Shown here in pieces: positions 1 to 9,029 of a DNA stretch of 64,000 bases. Numbering within the stretch: the first letter of the stretch is position 1; the number at the start of each line of letters is the position of its first letter. The stretch spans positions 1 to 64,000 of IMG/VR virus record IMGVR_UViG_3300036784_000120; one strand, 5' to 3'. A model generated the notes under the pieces. It ran no database searches. It saw only the letters and a list, made by a program, of their open reading frames with translations, and was not told where the DNA came from. The position numbers and the translations under genes were made by a program. Origin of the DNA: a virus (lineage: Duplodnaviria > Caudoviricetes).

Positions 1-196
1 GCACGGATCCGCAGCGAACCCGGCGGCCGCGGGGCGTTTGCGAAGGGTCGGTGAGCGGTGAGTTCGCCGCCGGGTTCGCTGCGGATCCGTGCGGTGAACC
101 GGCGGTGTGGGCGTGGCAGCCGCAAGGAGCCAACACGCCCGTCAGGCTGTGCGACGAGCACGCCGCCGGCTGCGATCTCGACGACCTGGAGGAGTT

Positions 197-787
197 GTGA
201 CCGCGCCGATGAACCCGCCTGTCTACGGGGCGCACCCGGAAACCGCCGAGGCGCTGTACCGTGAGCGCGCCCACCTCGTCGCTCATCTCGCCGCGCTGTA
301 CCCGTCCTGTATCGGTCCCGCGGACGACGTGGACGAACCCGGCTGGGCGATCGTCTACATCAGCGGGCCGGCCGGGCAGATGACTTGGCATATCGCGCCG
401 CGGGACCTGGACCTGTTCGGTCACGTGCATGTCGGGGCCGGCGAATGGGACGGTCACACGACCGCGGAGAAATACCGGCGGCTCGACACGCTCAGCGCCG
501 CGCATGGCCGTCGCACGGTGAGCGGCCGCGCCGCCTACGAGGCGTACATCGCCGCGCTCGGCTGGGTGACTGCCGTGCGGTGGGACGACGCAGATGATGC
601 TTACCGCGCGGCCTGGGACGCCGCCGCGAAAGTCGCACGCGCCGACCTGCTGGCCGAGCGCGACTTTCGGCTCACCGGACTCGTCGCCGAGATCATCGGG
701 AAGGTCGAAGCCTTCGCCGAAGGCGTGCAGCCCATCACCGCCGCCGACCTCGCCAGGTGGCACAAGAGCGCCGAGGGGGCCGCGTGA
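197..787 (+). CDS. WDGH-motif phage hypothetical protein
   Basis: GGAGGAG RBS before GTG at 197; contains GQMTWH...WDGHTTAEKYRRL motif typical of phage WDGH proteins. Confidence 0.7.
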   Translation: MTAPMNPPVYGAHPETAEALYRERAHLVAHLAALYPSCIGPADDVDEPGWAIVYISGPAGQMTWHIAPRDLDLFGHVHVGAGEWDGHTTAEKYRRLDTLSAAHGRRTVSGRAAYEAYIAALGWVTAVRWDDADDAYRAAWDAAAKVARADLLAERDFRLTGLVAEIIGKVEAFAEGVQPITAADLARWHKSAEGAA

Positions 788-1203
788 CCCCTCGGCAGGC
801 GTACGCGCTCGCCCACCCGCTCAGCCGCGCTGACGGCAGCGACGACATCACCCCGTACCGGGCCCAGCGCCGGCACGCGACCGGGATGCTGATCGTGACG
901 ATCCTGGCGGTGGACCGATGAAGCAGGATCAACGCCGGGCTGCCTGTGTGGCATGTGTCGGTGAGCGCCTGGTCGAGGCGCACGGAGAAACGGCAGGACG
1001 TTCCGCGGGTCTGCGAACGCGACGCGATCCGGCTGCTGGCCGGGGCCGGCAGCGGGCGCGAATGGTGGTGGTGGAACCCCGACGCGCTGATCGGGCACCT
1101 GCGGATCGGTGTCACCGAAGCCGAATACGCGAAGCTGCCGGACATGCGGGCGGTCGACGACGCCGGCGAGACAGGTCCTGAGCGGAAACGGAGCACCCCA
1201 TGA
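784..1203 (+). pseudogene. Hypothetical gene interrupted by a single in-frame TGA at 919-921
   Basis: GTGA overlap with upstream stop; frame reads ...ILAVDR*SRINAGLPVWHVSVSAW... and ends with ATGA overlap into 1200 gene. Confidence 0.55.
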
Positions 1204-1784
1204 CCGGCCAAGACGAACTGGACCTTGACATCCCGGGACCCGCGCTGACGGAGACTGATGTCATCGGTGCGCTCCACGCCCGGTACGGGCAGCGTTTCGG
1301 GAACGGGCCGCGGTACGCCCGTGCTGTCGGGGTCCGGTCCCACGCCGGGCACAGCATGCGCCGCACCGCTGATTTCGTTGCCATGGACCTGTGGCCGTCG
1401 CGGGGACTCGCGCTGCACGGTCACGAGGTGAAGGTGAGCCGGTCGGACTGGCTGCGGGAACTGGCCGAGCCGGAGAAGGCCGCCGAGTTCATCCCGTACA
1501 TGAATTACTGGTGGGCGGTTGTCGCCGGTCCCCGCATTGTCCGTGACGGGGAACTGCCCGAGGGGTGGGGGCTGATGGTGATGCGCGGCGGCGTGCTGGC
1601 CGTGGCTGCGCAGGCACCGCGGCGGGACGCGCTGCCGCTGACCCCGAGCCGGCTCGGCGCGCTGCTGCGGGCAGTCGGCCAGACTGCCGCGAACATGGAG
1701 AGGCTGCAGGCCGAGCGGGAGTTCGCTGAACGCCTCGCCCGCAGGGAAACGGAACAACACGTAACTGAAGGGATCGCGTCGTGA
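1200..1784 (+). CDS. MmcB-like PD-(D/E)XK nuclease-fold protein
   Basis: RTADFVAMDLWPS...GHEVKVSRSDWLREL motif. Confidence 0.7.
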   Translation: MTGQDELDLDIPGPALTETDVIGALHARYGQRFGNGPRYARAVGVRSHAGHSMRRTADFVAMDLWPSRGLALHGHEVKVSRSDWLRELAEPEKAAEFIPYMNYWWAVVAGPRIVRDGELPEGWGLMVMRGGVLAVAAQAPRRDALPLTPSRLGALLRAVGQTAANMERLQAEREFAERLARRETEQHVTEGIAS

Positions 1785-2185
1785 GCATCCATCAACTCGC
1801 TGACCGCTGCTGGGAGCTGACCGACCCGGCTGATGATGAGCGGACACCCCACTACGGGGACGAGGCGGCCGCGCAGGCGGCGCTGAAGGAACTGCGGGAC
1901 GAGGAGCCGGACACGAAGGCGTCGATCCGCCTGCTCGGGTCGGCGTGCTGGGTCACGCGGTGCGACGGTGACTGCGAGGCAATGCTCGACGAGGAGGACG
2001 AGGGGTACATCTTCCACCACGAGTCGATCGCCGACGCGCTGGAAACGGTCCGGGCTTATGAGTGGCGCACGGTCGGCGACAGCGTGTTCTGTCCGGCCGA
2101 CGCTCCCGACGGCGCCGAGCTGCCGCTGTCGGCTGCCGAGCAGGAAGCCGCGGGGCAGCTGCCGCTCCCAGGCGTGATCGCGTGA
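1781..2185 (+). CDS. Hypothetical protein (Cys motifs)
   Basis: GTGA coupling on both sides; CDGDC...FCP. Confidence 0.65.
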   Translation: MSIHQLADRCWELTDPADDERTPHYGDEAAAQAALKELRDEEPDTKASIRLLGSACWVTRCDGDCEAMLDEEDEGYIFHHESIADALETVRAYEWRTVGDSVFCPADAPDGAELPLSAAEQEAAGQLPLPGVIA

Positions 2186-2424
2186 CCATGCTCGCTGGGC
2201 TGCCGCGCAGGCGCTGGTACCCGCCCCGGCGGGTCACGCTCGTCCTCTCGGTGCTGACCAGCGCGCTGGCAGTGTTCAGCCTGGTGATGGCGCTCACCGG
2301 CCACCCGGCGCCCGCACCGGTGCCGGTGCAGGTCTGCGGGCACGTCTACCACGTGGCGGCCGGGCAGGTGCTGCGCATCACCGGGTTCGGGGCGCACTGC
2401 TCAGCCGTGGTGACAGGAGGCTAG
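2182..2424 (+). CDS. Small membrane protein
   Basis: GTGA overlap; hydrophobic VTLVLSVLTSALAVFSLVMAL. Confidence 0.55.
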   Translation: MTMLAGLPRRRWYPPRRVTLVLSVLTSALAVFSLVMALTGHPAPAPVPVQVCGHVYHVAAGQVLRITGFGAHCSAVVTGG

Positions 2425-2426
2425 CG

Positions 2427-3230
2427 ATGCAACCAAGACTCCCGGTGCCCGGGATGACACTCGAAGCCAGTCCGGCGCGTACCGGGTCACTGGTGATTGA
2501 TCGGCGCGGAACGTTTTCCCCCAGGGCTGCCGGGGCCGCGCAGACTCGGGGTGCGCGGCCGCCCGGGCACCGGGACCTGGACCGTATCGCGCTGAAGGCG
2601 GCGGGCACGCACTGGAACCGGTCCCTGTCCCACGCGGACCGGGTGCAGGCCGCATGGTCAGCAGCCGCCGAAGCGCTCACCGTGTCCGCGGATCTGCCGG
2701 AGGAGGACCTGCTGCGCGCGGCCCGCGACGGCATCAGCGACCTGGAGGCCAGCACCCGCCGGTTCTACGGCCTGTCGCAGGCGTCCGGCTACCGTGAGGT
2801 GACGGGCGCGTTCGGCGCCTACTGGTGGCAGCCGCCCCTGTCGGGGTGGGAGAACGCGGTCGTGGAACGGATCGCGCTCGGCCAGGTGTGGGCCGCGATC
2901 AGTCGCGCGGACCGGCAGGTTCTGCGGGCCCTCGCCGACGCGGGCGGCGACCAGGCGAAGGCGGCGGCGACGCTCGGCGTGCCGTATGCGGCGTACCGGG
3001 GGCGGCTGGGGCGGGCCCGTAAGGCGTTCCGCGCCCTGTGGCATGAAGGTGAGCAGCCGCCACGGCACCAGGGAAGCGTCCGGGTCCGGAAGGTGACGCA
3101 CTGCGGCCCCGCCGGCCATGAGTACACGCCGGAGAACACGCTCTACTGGCGGGAAGGCCACCGGACCAGGCTCCGGTGCCGGGCCTGCGAGACAGCCCGC
3201 GACGCGGCACGGCAGGAGACCGCCGCATGA
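2427..3230 (+). CDS. Sigma-70 region 4-like HTH protein with C-terminal Zn-binding domain
   Basis: DRQVLRAL...QAKAAATLGVPYAAYRGRLGRARKAF HTH; C-terminal THC..GHEYTPENT...CRAC. Confidence 0.6.
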   Translation: MQPRLPVPGMTLEASPARTGSLVIDRRGTFSPRAAGAAQTRGARPPGHRDLDRIALKAAGTHWNRSLSHADRVQAAWSAAAEALTVSADLPEEDLLRAARDGISDLEASTRRFYGLSQASGYREVTGAFGAYWWQPPLSGWENAVVERIALGQVWAAISRADRQVLRALADAGGDQAKAAATLGVPYAAYRGRLGRARKAFRALWHEGEQPPRHQGSVRVRKVTHCGPAGHEYTPENTLYWREGHRTRLRCRACETARDAARQETAA

Positions 3231-3502
3231 CCGTCACCCTGGAAACCCGTGTCACCTGCCCGGAATGCGGGCACAAGATCCGGTTCATCGCGGTGACCAC
3301 GGTGCGGGTGAACAAGCGCAGCATCCGGGACATCGGCACCGGTCCCGTCATGCTCGGCGCACTGGAGGACTGGCGGTGCCCCGGCTGCCGCACGGAGATC
3401 CCCCGGGACAGGCCGCTGGACCGGGAACCCTACCGGCTCGTGGCGGAGGATGCGGTGAGGGTGGCGGAGTACCGGAAGGCGAAGTGGGGGATCGAGGAAT
3501 GA
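3227..3502 (+). CDS. Zinc-ribbon hypothetical protein
   Basis: ATGA overlap; CPEC and CPGC pairs. Confidence 0.6.
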   Translation: MTVTLETRVTCPECGHKIRFIAVTTVRVNKRSIRDIGTGPVMLGALEDWRCPGCRTEIPRDRPLDREPYRLVAEDAVRVAEYRKAKWGIEE

Positions 3503-4122
3503 GCGGGCAGCCTGACCCGGCGTGGCGGTGCCCGGACATCGGCTGCACCGCCCATCCCGGTGACGTGCAGGTGTGGGAACGGCCCGTGATCGACGAATCG
3601 CAGGTCATCCGGGAAACCGGGGCTGGCCTGTTCGATCCGCCGACAGCCGCGTTCGACCTGACCCGCACGTTCCGGTACCACCTGACACGGACCTGGGAGC
3701 CGAGCCGGGCGCCGCTGGTGTGGATCATGCTGAACCCGTCGACCGCCGACGCGGACGAGGATGACCGTACGATCGGCCGATGTGCGGAGTTCGCGCGGCG
3801 GGAAAACGCGGGCGGCATCAGCGTCGTGAACCTGTTCGCATTCCGCGCGACCAAACCCGCCGAGCTGCGCCGTCACCGTGCGCCGGTCGGGGGGCTGAAC
3901 GACGCGTTCATCGTTACCGAATGCCCGGCCCGGACCGTGGTCGCTGCGTGGGGGGCGCACGGCACTTACCTCTACCGTGACCGGGAGGTGGCCGAGCTGC
4001 TCGCCGCAGTCGGCGTCCCGCTGCGGTGCCTCGGGGTGACGGCGGGCGGGCATCCCCGGCATCCGCTGTATGTGCGGGGGGATGCGCCGTTGGTCCCGTA
4101 CCATACTGGTCTTGATTCGTGA
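3499..4122 (+). CDS. DUF1643 family protein
   Basis: RYHLTRTW...IMLNPSTAD...DDRTI...VVNLFAFRATKP...AAWG...PRHPLY signature. Confidence 0.85.
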   Translation: MSGQPDPAWRCPDIGCTAHPGDVQVWERPVIDESQVIRETGAGLFDPPTAAFDLTRTFRYHLTRTWEPSRAPLVWIMLNPSTADADEDDRTIGRCAEFARRENAGGISVVNLFAFRATKPAELRRHRAPVGGLNDAFIVTECPARTVVAAWGAHGTYLYRDREVAELLAAVGVPLRCLGVTAGGHPRHPLYVRGDAPLVPYHTGLDS

Positions 4123-4146
4123 CCATAACAGGACTATAGTGGTCTT
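4112..4146 (+). promoter_or_regulatory. Sigma70-type promoter, likely leaderless transcript, with overlapping operator-like repeats
   Basis: TTGATT(4112)-17 nt-TATAGT(4135), ATG 6 nt later; GACCA...TGGTC inverted repeat. Confidence 0.6.
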
Positions 4147-4380
4147 ATGACGAAGAATGAGTACCGCGAGACGATCGTCACGCTGGCGCTCGTCTACGCG
4201 AAGCGGCACATCTACGACAGCGACCTGTATGAAGTCCGCATGGACGACATACACGACGCCATCGCGGAGCGCGGCAACGCCAGCGGCTACAAGTTTGCGC
4301 CGAAAGCCATCGCTGAGGACGTGCGCCGTGAGCTGCGCGACCACTACGGGCGCAGCAACCTGCCGGAGCTGCTGACATGA
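4147..4380 (+). CDS. Hypothetical protein
   Basis: ORF directly after promoter; ATGA coupling downstream. Confidence 0.6.
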   Translation: MTKNEYRETIVTLALVYAKRHIYDSDLYEVRMDDIHDAIAERGNASGYKFAPKAIAEDVRRELRDHYGRSNLPELLT

Positions 4381-4643
4381 AACTCACCGCAGACCGCGAG
4401 GAAGTTGCGCGTCAGATAGCAGACGAGATCCGTCACCAGAGCACCGGCCTGGACAACGAGGACCGGCAAGCCGCCGGTATCGCGCTGTCCAGCTACGCCC
4501 GCGCAAAGAAATACCGCGACCAGGACCGGGCCAAGGTCAACGGCATGCGTATCGCGCTGACCTTTGTGCTGGGCCGGCCCAACGACATGCAGCTAGCCGA
4601 CGCGTTCATCGCGGACGCACCGCACTGGAGGGGGCTGCCGTGA
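4377..4643 (+). CDS. Hypothetical protein
   Basis: Coupled ORF. Confidence 0.6.
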   Translation: MKLTADREEVARQIADEIRHQSTGLDNEDRQAAGIALSSYARAKKYRDQDRAKVNGMRIALTFVLGRPNDMQLADAFIADAPHWRGLP

Positions 4644-4975
4644 AGCATGTGAACCTCCGCCTCGACGACGGACTTCACTCCTGGCTAGTCGCCAGGGCCG
4701 CGCGCCAGAAGCGGTCCATCAACGGCCACATCGAATACCTGCTAGAGCAGGACCGCGCCACGGACCCCGCCGACAAGGCCACCCGCGACCAGCTCCGCGA
4801 GCTAGTAGAGCGCGCGTGGAACATCATCGCGAACGCAGGGTGGGAAGACCGCGGCAAGCCGCCCGACTGGCCGGAAACCGCCGCCCGCTGGATCGACGAT
4901 CATCAAGCATTCGTGCGGGCGCAGAACCGCCAGCGGCTTGAGCGCGAGCGTGCCGAGAACGCGGGGGAGGAGTGA
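4640..4975 (+). CDS. Arc/ribbon-helix-helix DNA-binding protein
   Basis: MKHVNLRLDDGLHSWLVARAARQKRSINGHIEYLL. Confidence 0.8.
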   Translation: MKHVNLRLDDGLHSWLVARAARQKRSINGHIEYLLEQDRATDPADKATRDQLRELVERAWNIIANAGWEDRGKPPDWPETAARWIDDHQAFVRAQNRQRLERERAENAGEE

Positions 4976-4979
4976 ACTG

Positions 4980-5237
4980 ATGCCTCGCAGCCGTGGCGGC
5001 GAACCCGCCTACGAAGCCGTGAACGGCGACACGATCACAGTTCGGGAGGCGAACGCAATCGATGCGCTCATGCGCCTCGCGAAACGCTGGCCGGACACGC
5101 TGACGCTAGTCGCCACGGGCGGCCTGCTGTGCCTGTTCCACACTGGCGACGAACGGTTCACCGAACCGTGGCCTGCCAACGAGGACGCCATCATCGCCCA
5201 CATCGGCGGCATCCCGAACTGCCCACCGGAGGGCTGA
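4980..5237 (+). CDS. Hypothetical protein
   Basis: GGAGGAG RBS; ORF. Confidence 0.55.
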   Translation: MPRSRGGEPAYEAVNGDTITVREANAIDALMRLAKRWPDTLTLVATGGLLCLFHTGDERFTEPWPANEDAIIAHIGGIPNCPPEG

Positions 5238-5240
5238 ACG

Positions 5241-5504
5241 ATGCTGAGGACCAGGCGCGCGGCGGCCAACACGCTGATGGCGGAGTTGAAGGCCGCCTAT
5301 GCCGAAATCGACCGCGTGCCGTATGAGGATGACCCGGACCGGAGTGCGCAGGCTATCGGCCGCTATGACGGGCTCAAGCGGGCTTACGTGCTCGTGTCCG
5401 GTCGTGATGCGCAGGATGTCAGCAACGAGGTGGTCTCCTGGTACATCCACACCCCGGAGTACCAGGCAGCGAAAGCACGTCAGGGAGGGCTGACCAATGG
5501 CTGA
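5241..5504 (+). CDS. Hypothetical protein
   Basis: GGAGG RBS; ORF in operon. Confidence 0.6.
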   Translation: MLRTRRAAANTLMAELKAAYAEIDRVPYEDDPDRSAQAIGRYDGLKRAYVLVSGRDAQDVSNEVVSWYIHTPEYQAAKARQGGLTNG

Positions 5505-5823
5505 CCCGATCCGCTGCCGGGTGTGCGCGAGGGCAGTCCAGCTGCGCGCCGACGGCACGGCCGGCCGGCACGATGACAAGTCCGGCCGGGAGTGCCCCGG
5601 CACCGGTCATCCGGCTGCGGGTGACCCGCCGTGCCTGCCCACCTGCCGTCCCGTCGGCACCATCGGCTGGCCGGTTCCCCTGTCGGCACGCGGCGACGCG
5701 CATGCGTCCACGGTCGTGTGCGATTCGCCGTCCCATCAGGATGAGGCCCGCGCGTGGGTGCACGGCATCACCGGGCACGCGGGCGTGTTCCGGACGTTCG
5801 CTGAAGCGAGGGCTGAGCGGTGA
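5497..5823 (+). CDS. Hypothetical Cys/His-rich protein
   Basis: GGAGG RBS; CRVC...H...CPG. Confidence 0.6.
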   Translation: MADPIRCRVCARAVQLRADGTAGRHDDKSGRECPGTGHPAAGDPPCLPTCRPVGTIGWPVPLSARGDAHASTVVCDSPSHQDEARAWVHGITGHAGVFRTFAEARAER

Positions 5824-6092
5824 CCGGGCTAGTGCAGATTCCCGCTTCGGCACACGTCTCCCCGGCGTGGCTCGCCCGGCCTGTCCACTCGCCCGAACGC
5901 CGCCATTTCAGCGTCCTGTGCTGGCGCGGCTGGTGCGACCACGAGTTCAAGCGCCGGGCCGTCGCGTACACGGTGACGGGCATCACGGGTGCACCGTTCA
6001 GGCTCGCGGACCTGCCTGTACGCACGTGCCCGATACCTGCCGAGTGCGAATGCGAATGCCACGACCAGGTGGCACCGAAGGCGGGAGGCTGA
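5820..6092 (+). CDS. Hypothetical Cys-rich protein
   Basis: GTGA overlap; CECECH motif. Confidence 0.55.
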   Translation: MTGLVQIPASAHVSPAWLARPVHSPERRHFSVLCWRGWCDHEFKRRAVAYTVTGITGAPFRLADLPVRTCPIPAECECECHDQVAPKAGG

Positions 6093-6095
6093 CCG

Positions 6096-6419
6096 ATGGG
6101 GCAGCAGCGGCGTTTCCGGCCCGGCCGCTGGGTGACCGACTACAGTCACCGGCGGCTGCAGGGGTTCAGCATCCGGGACGCCGCCACCCTCGCATCCGGC
6201 CGGCGGTGCGGCCGGGAGTTCGTGTGGGATGTGCCGTTCTGGCTGTACGGCCGGCGGATCGCCACGGTGCGGGTGCCGGGCGCTGACCCGTACGGCGCGG
6301 AGCGGTTCGCGGCCCGCTTCCTGTTCGCCAACATTTACCCGCGCCTGACCTGCGAGTCGGGGGAGTCGCTGCCACGCGACGGACGAGGGATCATCCTCCC
6401 GGTGAGGGCCGAGCGGTGA
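6096..6419 (+). CDS. Hypothetical protein
   Basis: GGAGG RBS; ORF in operon. Confidence 0.5.
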   Translation: MGQQRRFRPGRWVTDYSHRRLQGFSIRDAATLASGRRCGREFVWDVPFWLYGRRIATVRVPGADPYGAERFAARFLFANIYPRLTCESGESLPRDGRGIILPVRAER

Positions 6420-6476
6420 CCGTGACCGATCCCGGGTGCGCGGCCCGCCGCGAAACGACGGGGGAAGACCAAGACC

Positions 6477-7076
6477 ATGGCTGAGATCAGTTACGAGGAC
6501 CTGACAGCCGGGCTGCGCAGCTGGGTCCGCCGCCGCGGCGAACACGAGCAGGCAGCAGTCGAGCTGCTGATCTGGCATGAAACCTGGCTGCGCCGCCCCG
6601 ACTTTAAGGACGCGTGCATCACCCAGCTGGCGCCGGGCCTGGTCGCGGTCGACTGGCGGGAGGCCCGCGAGTTCATCGACCGCGGCTACCGGCAGAAAGG
6701 GCAACGGCCGCTGCCCGCCGCCTCATCACATAACCGCATCCTCGACATCGCGGTGGCGATCGGGGAGAACGAGTTCGGGCTGGCCGGTCTCGGCCGCGCG
6801 CACCGGCGCGCTGCGGCGGAAGCGTTCGCAGCTGCGTGCGGGGTGACCGGCGTACTACTGCCGACCTGGCCCGAGATCGAGTCCAGCGCCCTCTCTCATC
6901 TTGACGCTGCCCGCACCGAAATGTCATCGGTCCGGGACTGGCTCATTTCCGACTGGAAACCGCTCGGCACCCCGCTGACACCGGCGCAGGCGGAGGCCCG
7001 AGATGGGGTGCTGCGGATCGTCGGCCAGGTGAAAGACCTCATCGACGAGGCGAAGGGGCTGCTGCACCATGCCTGA
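6477..7076 (+). CDS. Hypothetical protein
   Basis: GC3-biased ORF; AAVELLIWHETWLRRPDF motif. Confidence 0.65.
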   Translation: MAEISYEDLTAGLRSWVRRRGEHEQAAVELLIWHETWLRRPDFKDACITQLAPGLVAVDWREAREFIDRGYRQKGQRPLPAASSHNRILDIAVAIGENEFGLAGLGRAHRRAAAEAFAAACGVTGVLLPTWPEIESSALSHLDAARTEMSSVRDWLISDWKPLGTPLTPAQAEARDGVLRIVGQVKDLIDEAKGLLHHA

Positions 7077-7341
7077 CCCGCTCACTGCCTCCCTTGACGA
7101 GATCAGGGAGCGGAACGCGAGGGCAGAGGGGCGCGACGGGGATGCGGCGCTGTGGATCGGGGCGATGGCGCGCATAGTCGGTGAGGACGTTCCCCGCCTC
7201 CTGGCCGCGCTGGACGCGGTACTGGCAGCGCACTGTGAAGCGAACGACGCACCCGGCCACTGCTGGGAATGCGGATTCAAACTGCCGTGCCCGACTTTGC
7301 AGGCCATCACCCGCGCCCTTACCGGAGGCACCGATGGCTGA
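7069..7341 (+). CDS. Hypothetical protein (C..C...PCPT family)
   Basis: DVPRLLAALD...CWEC...PCPTLQAI, common actinophage motif. Confidence 0.65.
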   Translation: MPDPLTASLDEIRERNARAEGRDGDAALWIGAMARIVGEDVPRLLAALDAVLAAHCEANDAPGHCWECGFKLPCPTLQAITRALTGGTDG

Positions 7342-7873
7342 CCGCGCCGCCCGGATGCAGGCCATCTACGACCAGGTGCCTGCCATGGCGGACTGCAAGG
7401 GGAACTGCTGGATTTCCTGCGGCCCCGTGTCGATGACCCCGTGGGAAACCCGGCGGCTCGCCCAAGCCGGCCACTGCATCACCCCCGACGCGCAGGCCCG
7501 CCGGTCGATCACCGATTTCTGGTGTGAGGCGCTCGGCCCCGACGGACGCTGCCAGGCATATTCCATCCGCCCGCTCATTTGCCGTTTGTGGGGGACGGTC
7601 GACTGGCTGCCGTGCCCGTGGGGCTGCCGCCCCGTCGGCGGCTGGCTGCCCAACGACGTGGCGTTCCGGCTGATACTCGAGGCGGAGCAGATCGGCGGCA
7701 CCGGGCATCCGGTTCCCCCGGAGGCGTTCGAGCAGCTGCGTAACCCGGCGCGGGTCGCCGAGATCGTCGCGGAGCTCGGCGGGAAACCAGGGGACGAGGC
7801 CCGGTTCCTTGCCTACGGGGCGACGCTGCCCGCAGCGATCACCCGGCGAAAGGGGACAAGCAATGAAGGCTGA
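7334..7873 (+). CDS. YkgJ-like cysteine-cluster protein
   Basis: CKGNCWISCG...C..L...GRC..Y..RPLICRLWG. Confidence 0.75.
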   Translation: MADRAARMQAIYDQVPAMADCKGNCWISCGPVSMTPWETRRLAQAGHCITPDAQARRSITDFWCEALGPDGRCQAYSIRPLICRLWGTVDWLPCPWGCRPVGGWLPNDVAFRLILEAEQIGGTGHPVPPEAFEQLRNPARVAEIVAELGGKPGDEARFLAYGATLPAAITRRKGTSNEG

Positions 7874-8210
7874 CCGCGATGGTGAAACAACATTCCGGCT
7901 CTACGGCAAGCACCGCCTGCCACGGTCACACCGCCGGGTGATGCTAGCGCTGCTGACCGGCGCCCCCCGCCTGTCCGGCTACCCGCTGTCCCGCCTCGCT
8001 CAGGTAGGTTCCGGGACCGTCTACATCGTGCTGGACCGGCTGGAAAACCGCGGCTGGGTTGAGGGCGAATGGGAAGACCCCAACCCGCTGCCGGCCGGTA
8101 AGGGGCGGCGCAGGTTCTACCGGCTGACACCGAAGGGACGCGCGGCGGTCACGTACCTGCTCGGCCTCGAGCCGGACGGCGACTCGTGGGCGGTGACCCC
8201 CCGTGCCTGA
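7863..8210 (+). CDS. PadR family transcriptional regulator
   Basis: GYPL...SGTVYIVLDRLENRGWVEGEWE...RRRFYRLTPKG. Confidence 0.85.
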   Translation: MKADRDGETTFRLYGKHRLPRSHRRVMLALLTGAPRLSGYPLSRLAQVGSGTVYIVLDRLENRGWVEGEWEDPNPLPAGKGRRRFYRLTPKGRAAVTYLLGLEPDGDSWAVTPRA

Positions 8211-8667
8211 TAAGCGGGCTAGCGAGCGCTGGGCGGTCCTGTCCGGCCTGGACATCGGCGCTGACGGTGACCCCTACCTTGACCGGCTCCGCATCGTCCA
8301 GACGCCGTTGTTCGGCATCTACCTGCATCACATCCACCGGCCCGACCGCGAACCCGACCCGCATGATCATCCGTGGTGGTTCGCGTCCCTGGTCCTGACC
8401 GGGGAGTACGCCGAGTTCGTGCTGCCCGACAAGCGCTGCCACCGCCGCACGATCACCCGGCGACGCCGCAGGTGGTCGCTGCGCTGCCTGTCCCGCCGCA
8501 GCGCCCACAAGGTTTACCACGTGTCCGGGCCGCTGTGGACGCTCGTGGTGACCGGCCCGAAACGCGGCGACTGGGGATTCTGGAACGGTCCCCGGTTCAT
8601 CCCGTGGCGGGATTACCTGAACGCGACCGAGTTCGCCGATCAGGAGTCGTACTGGAGAGCGCAATGA
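8203..8667 (+). CDS. Cupin-like phage protein
   Basis: YLHHIHRPD...PHDHPW.F.SLVL.G.Y.E...WTLVVTGP...WGF. Confidence 0.7.
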   Translation: MPDKRASERWAVLSGLDIGADGDPYLDRLRIVQTPLFGIYLHHIHRPDREPDPHDHPWWFASLVLTGEYAEFVLPDKRCHRRTITRRRRRWSLRCLSRRSAHKVYHVSGPLWTLVVTGPKRGDWGFWNGPRFIPWRDYLNATEFADQESYWRAQ

Positions 8668-9029
8668 TCGCCGTCCTGAACTGGTGCCTCGACCACTGGT
8701 TCCTGATCTTCGTGCTCAGCGCCCTCGGCGTGTTTGAATCCGTCCGGGACTTTTTCGTCGGCACCGCTGAGGCCATCGCCGGGATCGGCCAGCGCCGCCA
8801 CGAGCGCCGCATGGAGGAACTGCGGCTTCAGACGCAGGTCACCCACAGCGGACAGCGGCCCGCCGTGACGCCAGGCCCGTGCGTCCACCGCAACGTCAGG
8901 CCCGTGGTCGGCATCGACGGGAAGGTGAAAGCGTGGCTGTGCCAGTGTGACACCCCAGCTTCCCGCCGACTGGGCGGTGCGGGAGCAAGACCTGTGATGA
9001 AGGACGGGAACGATGGCGACAAGAGTTAA
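8664..9029 (+). CDS. Membrane protein, possibly frameshifted near 8953-8956
   Basis: N-terminal TM (HWFLIFVLSALGVF); alternative frame gives DTQLPADWAVREQDL* ending 8997. Confidence 0.55.
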   Translation: MIAVLNWCLDHWFLIFVLSALGVFESVRDFFVGTAEAIAGIGQRRHERRMEELRLQTQVTHSGQRPAVTPGPCVHRNVRPVVGIDGKVKAWLCQCDTPASRRLGGAGARPVMKDGNDGDKS

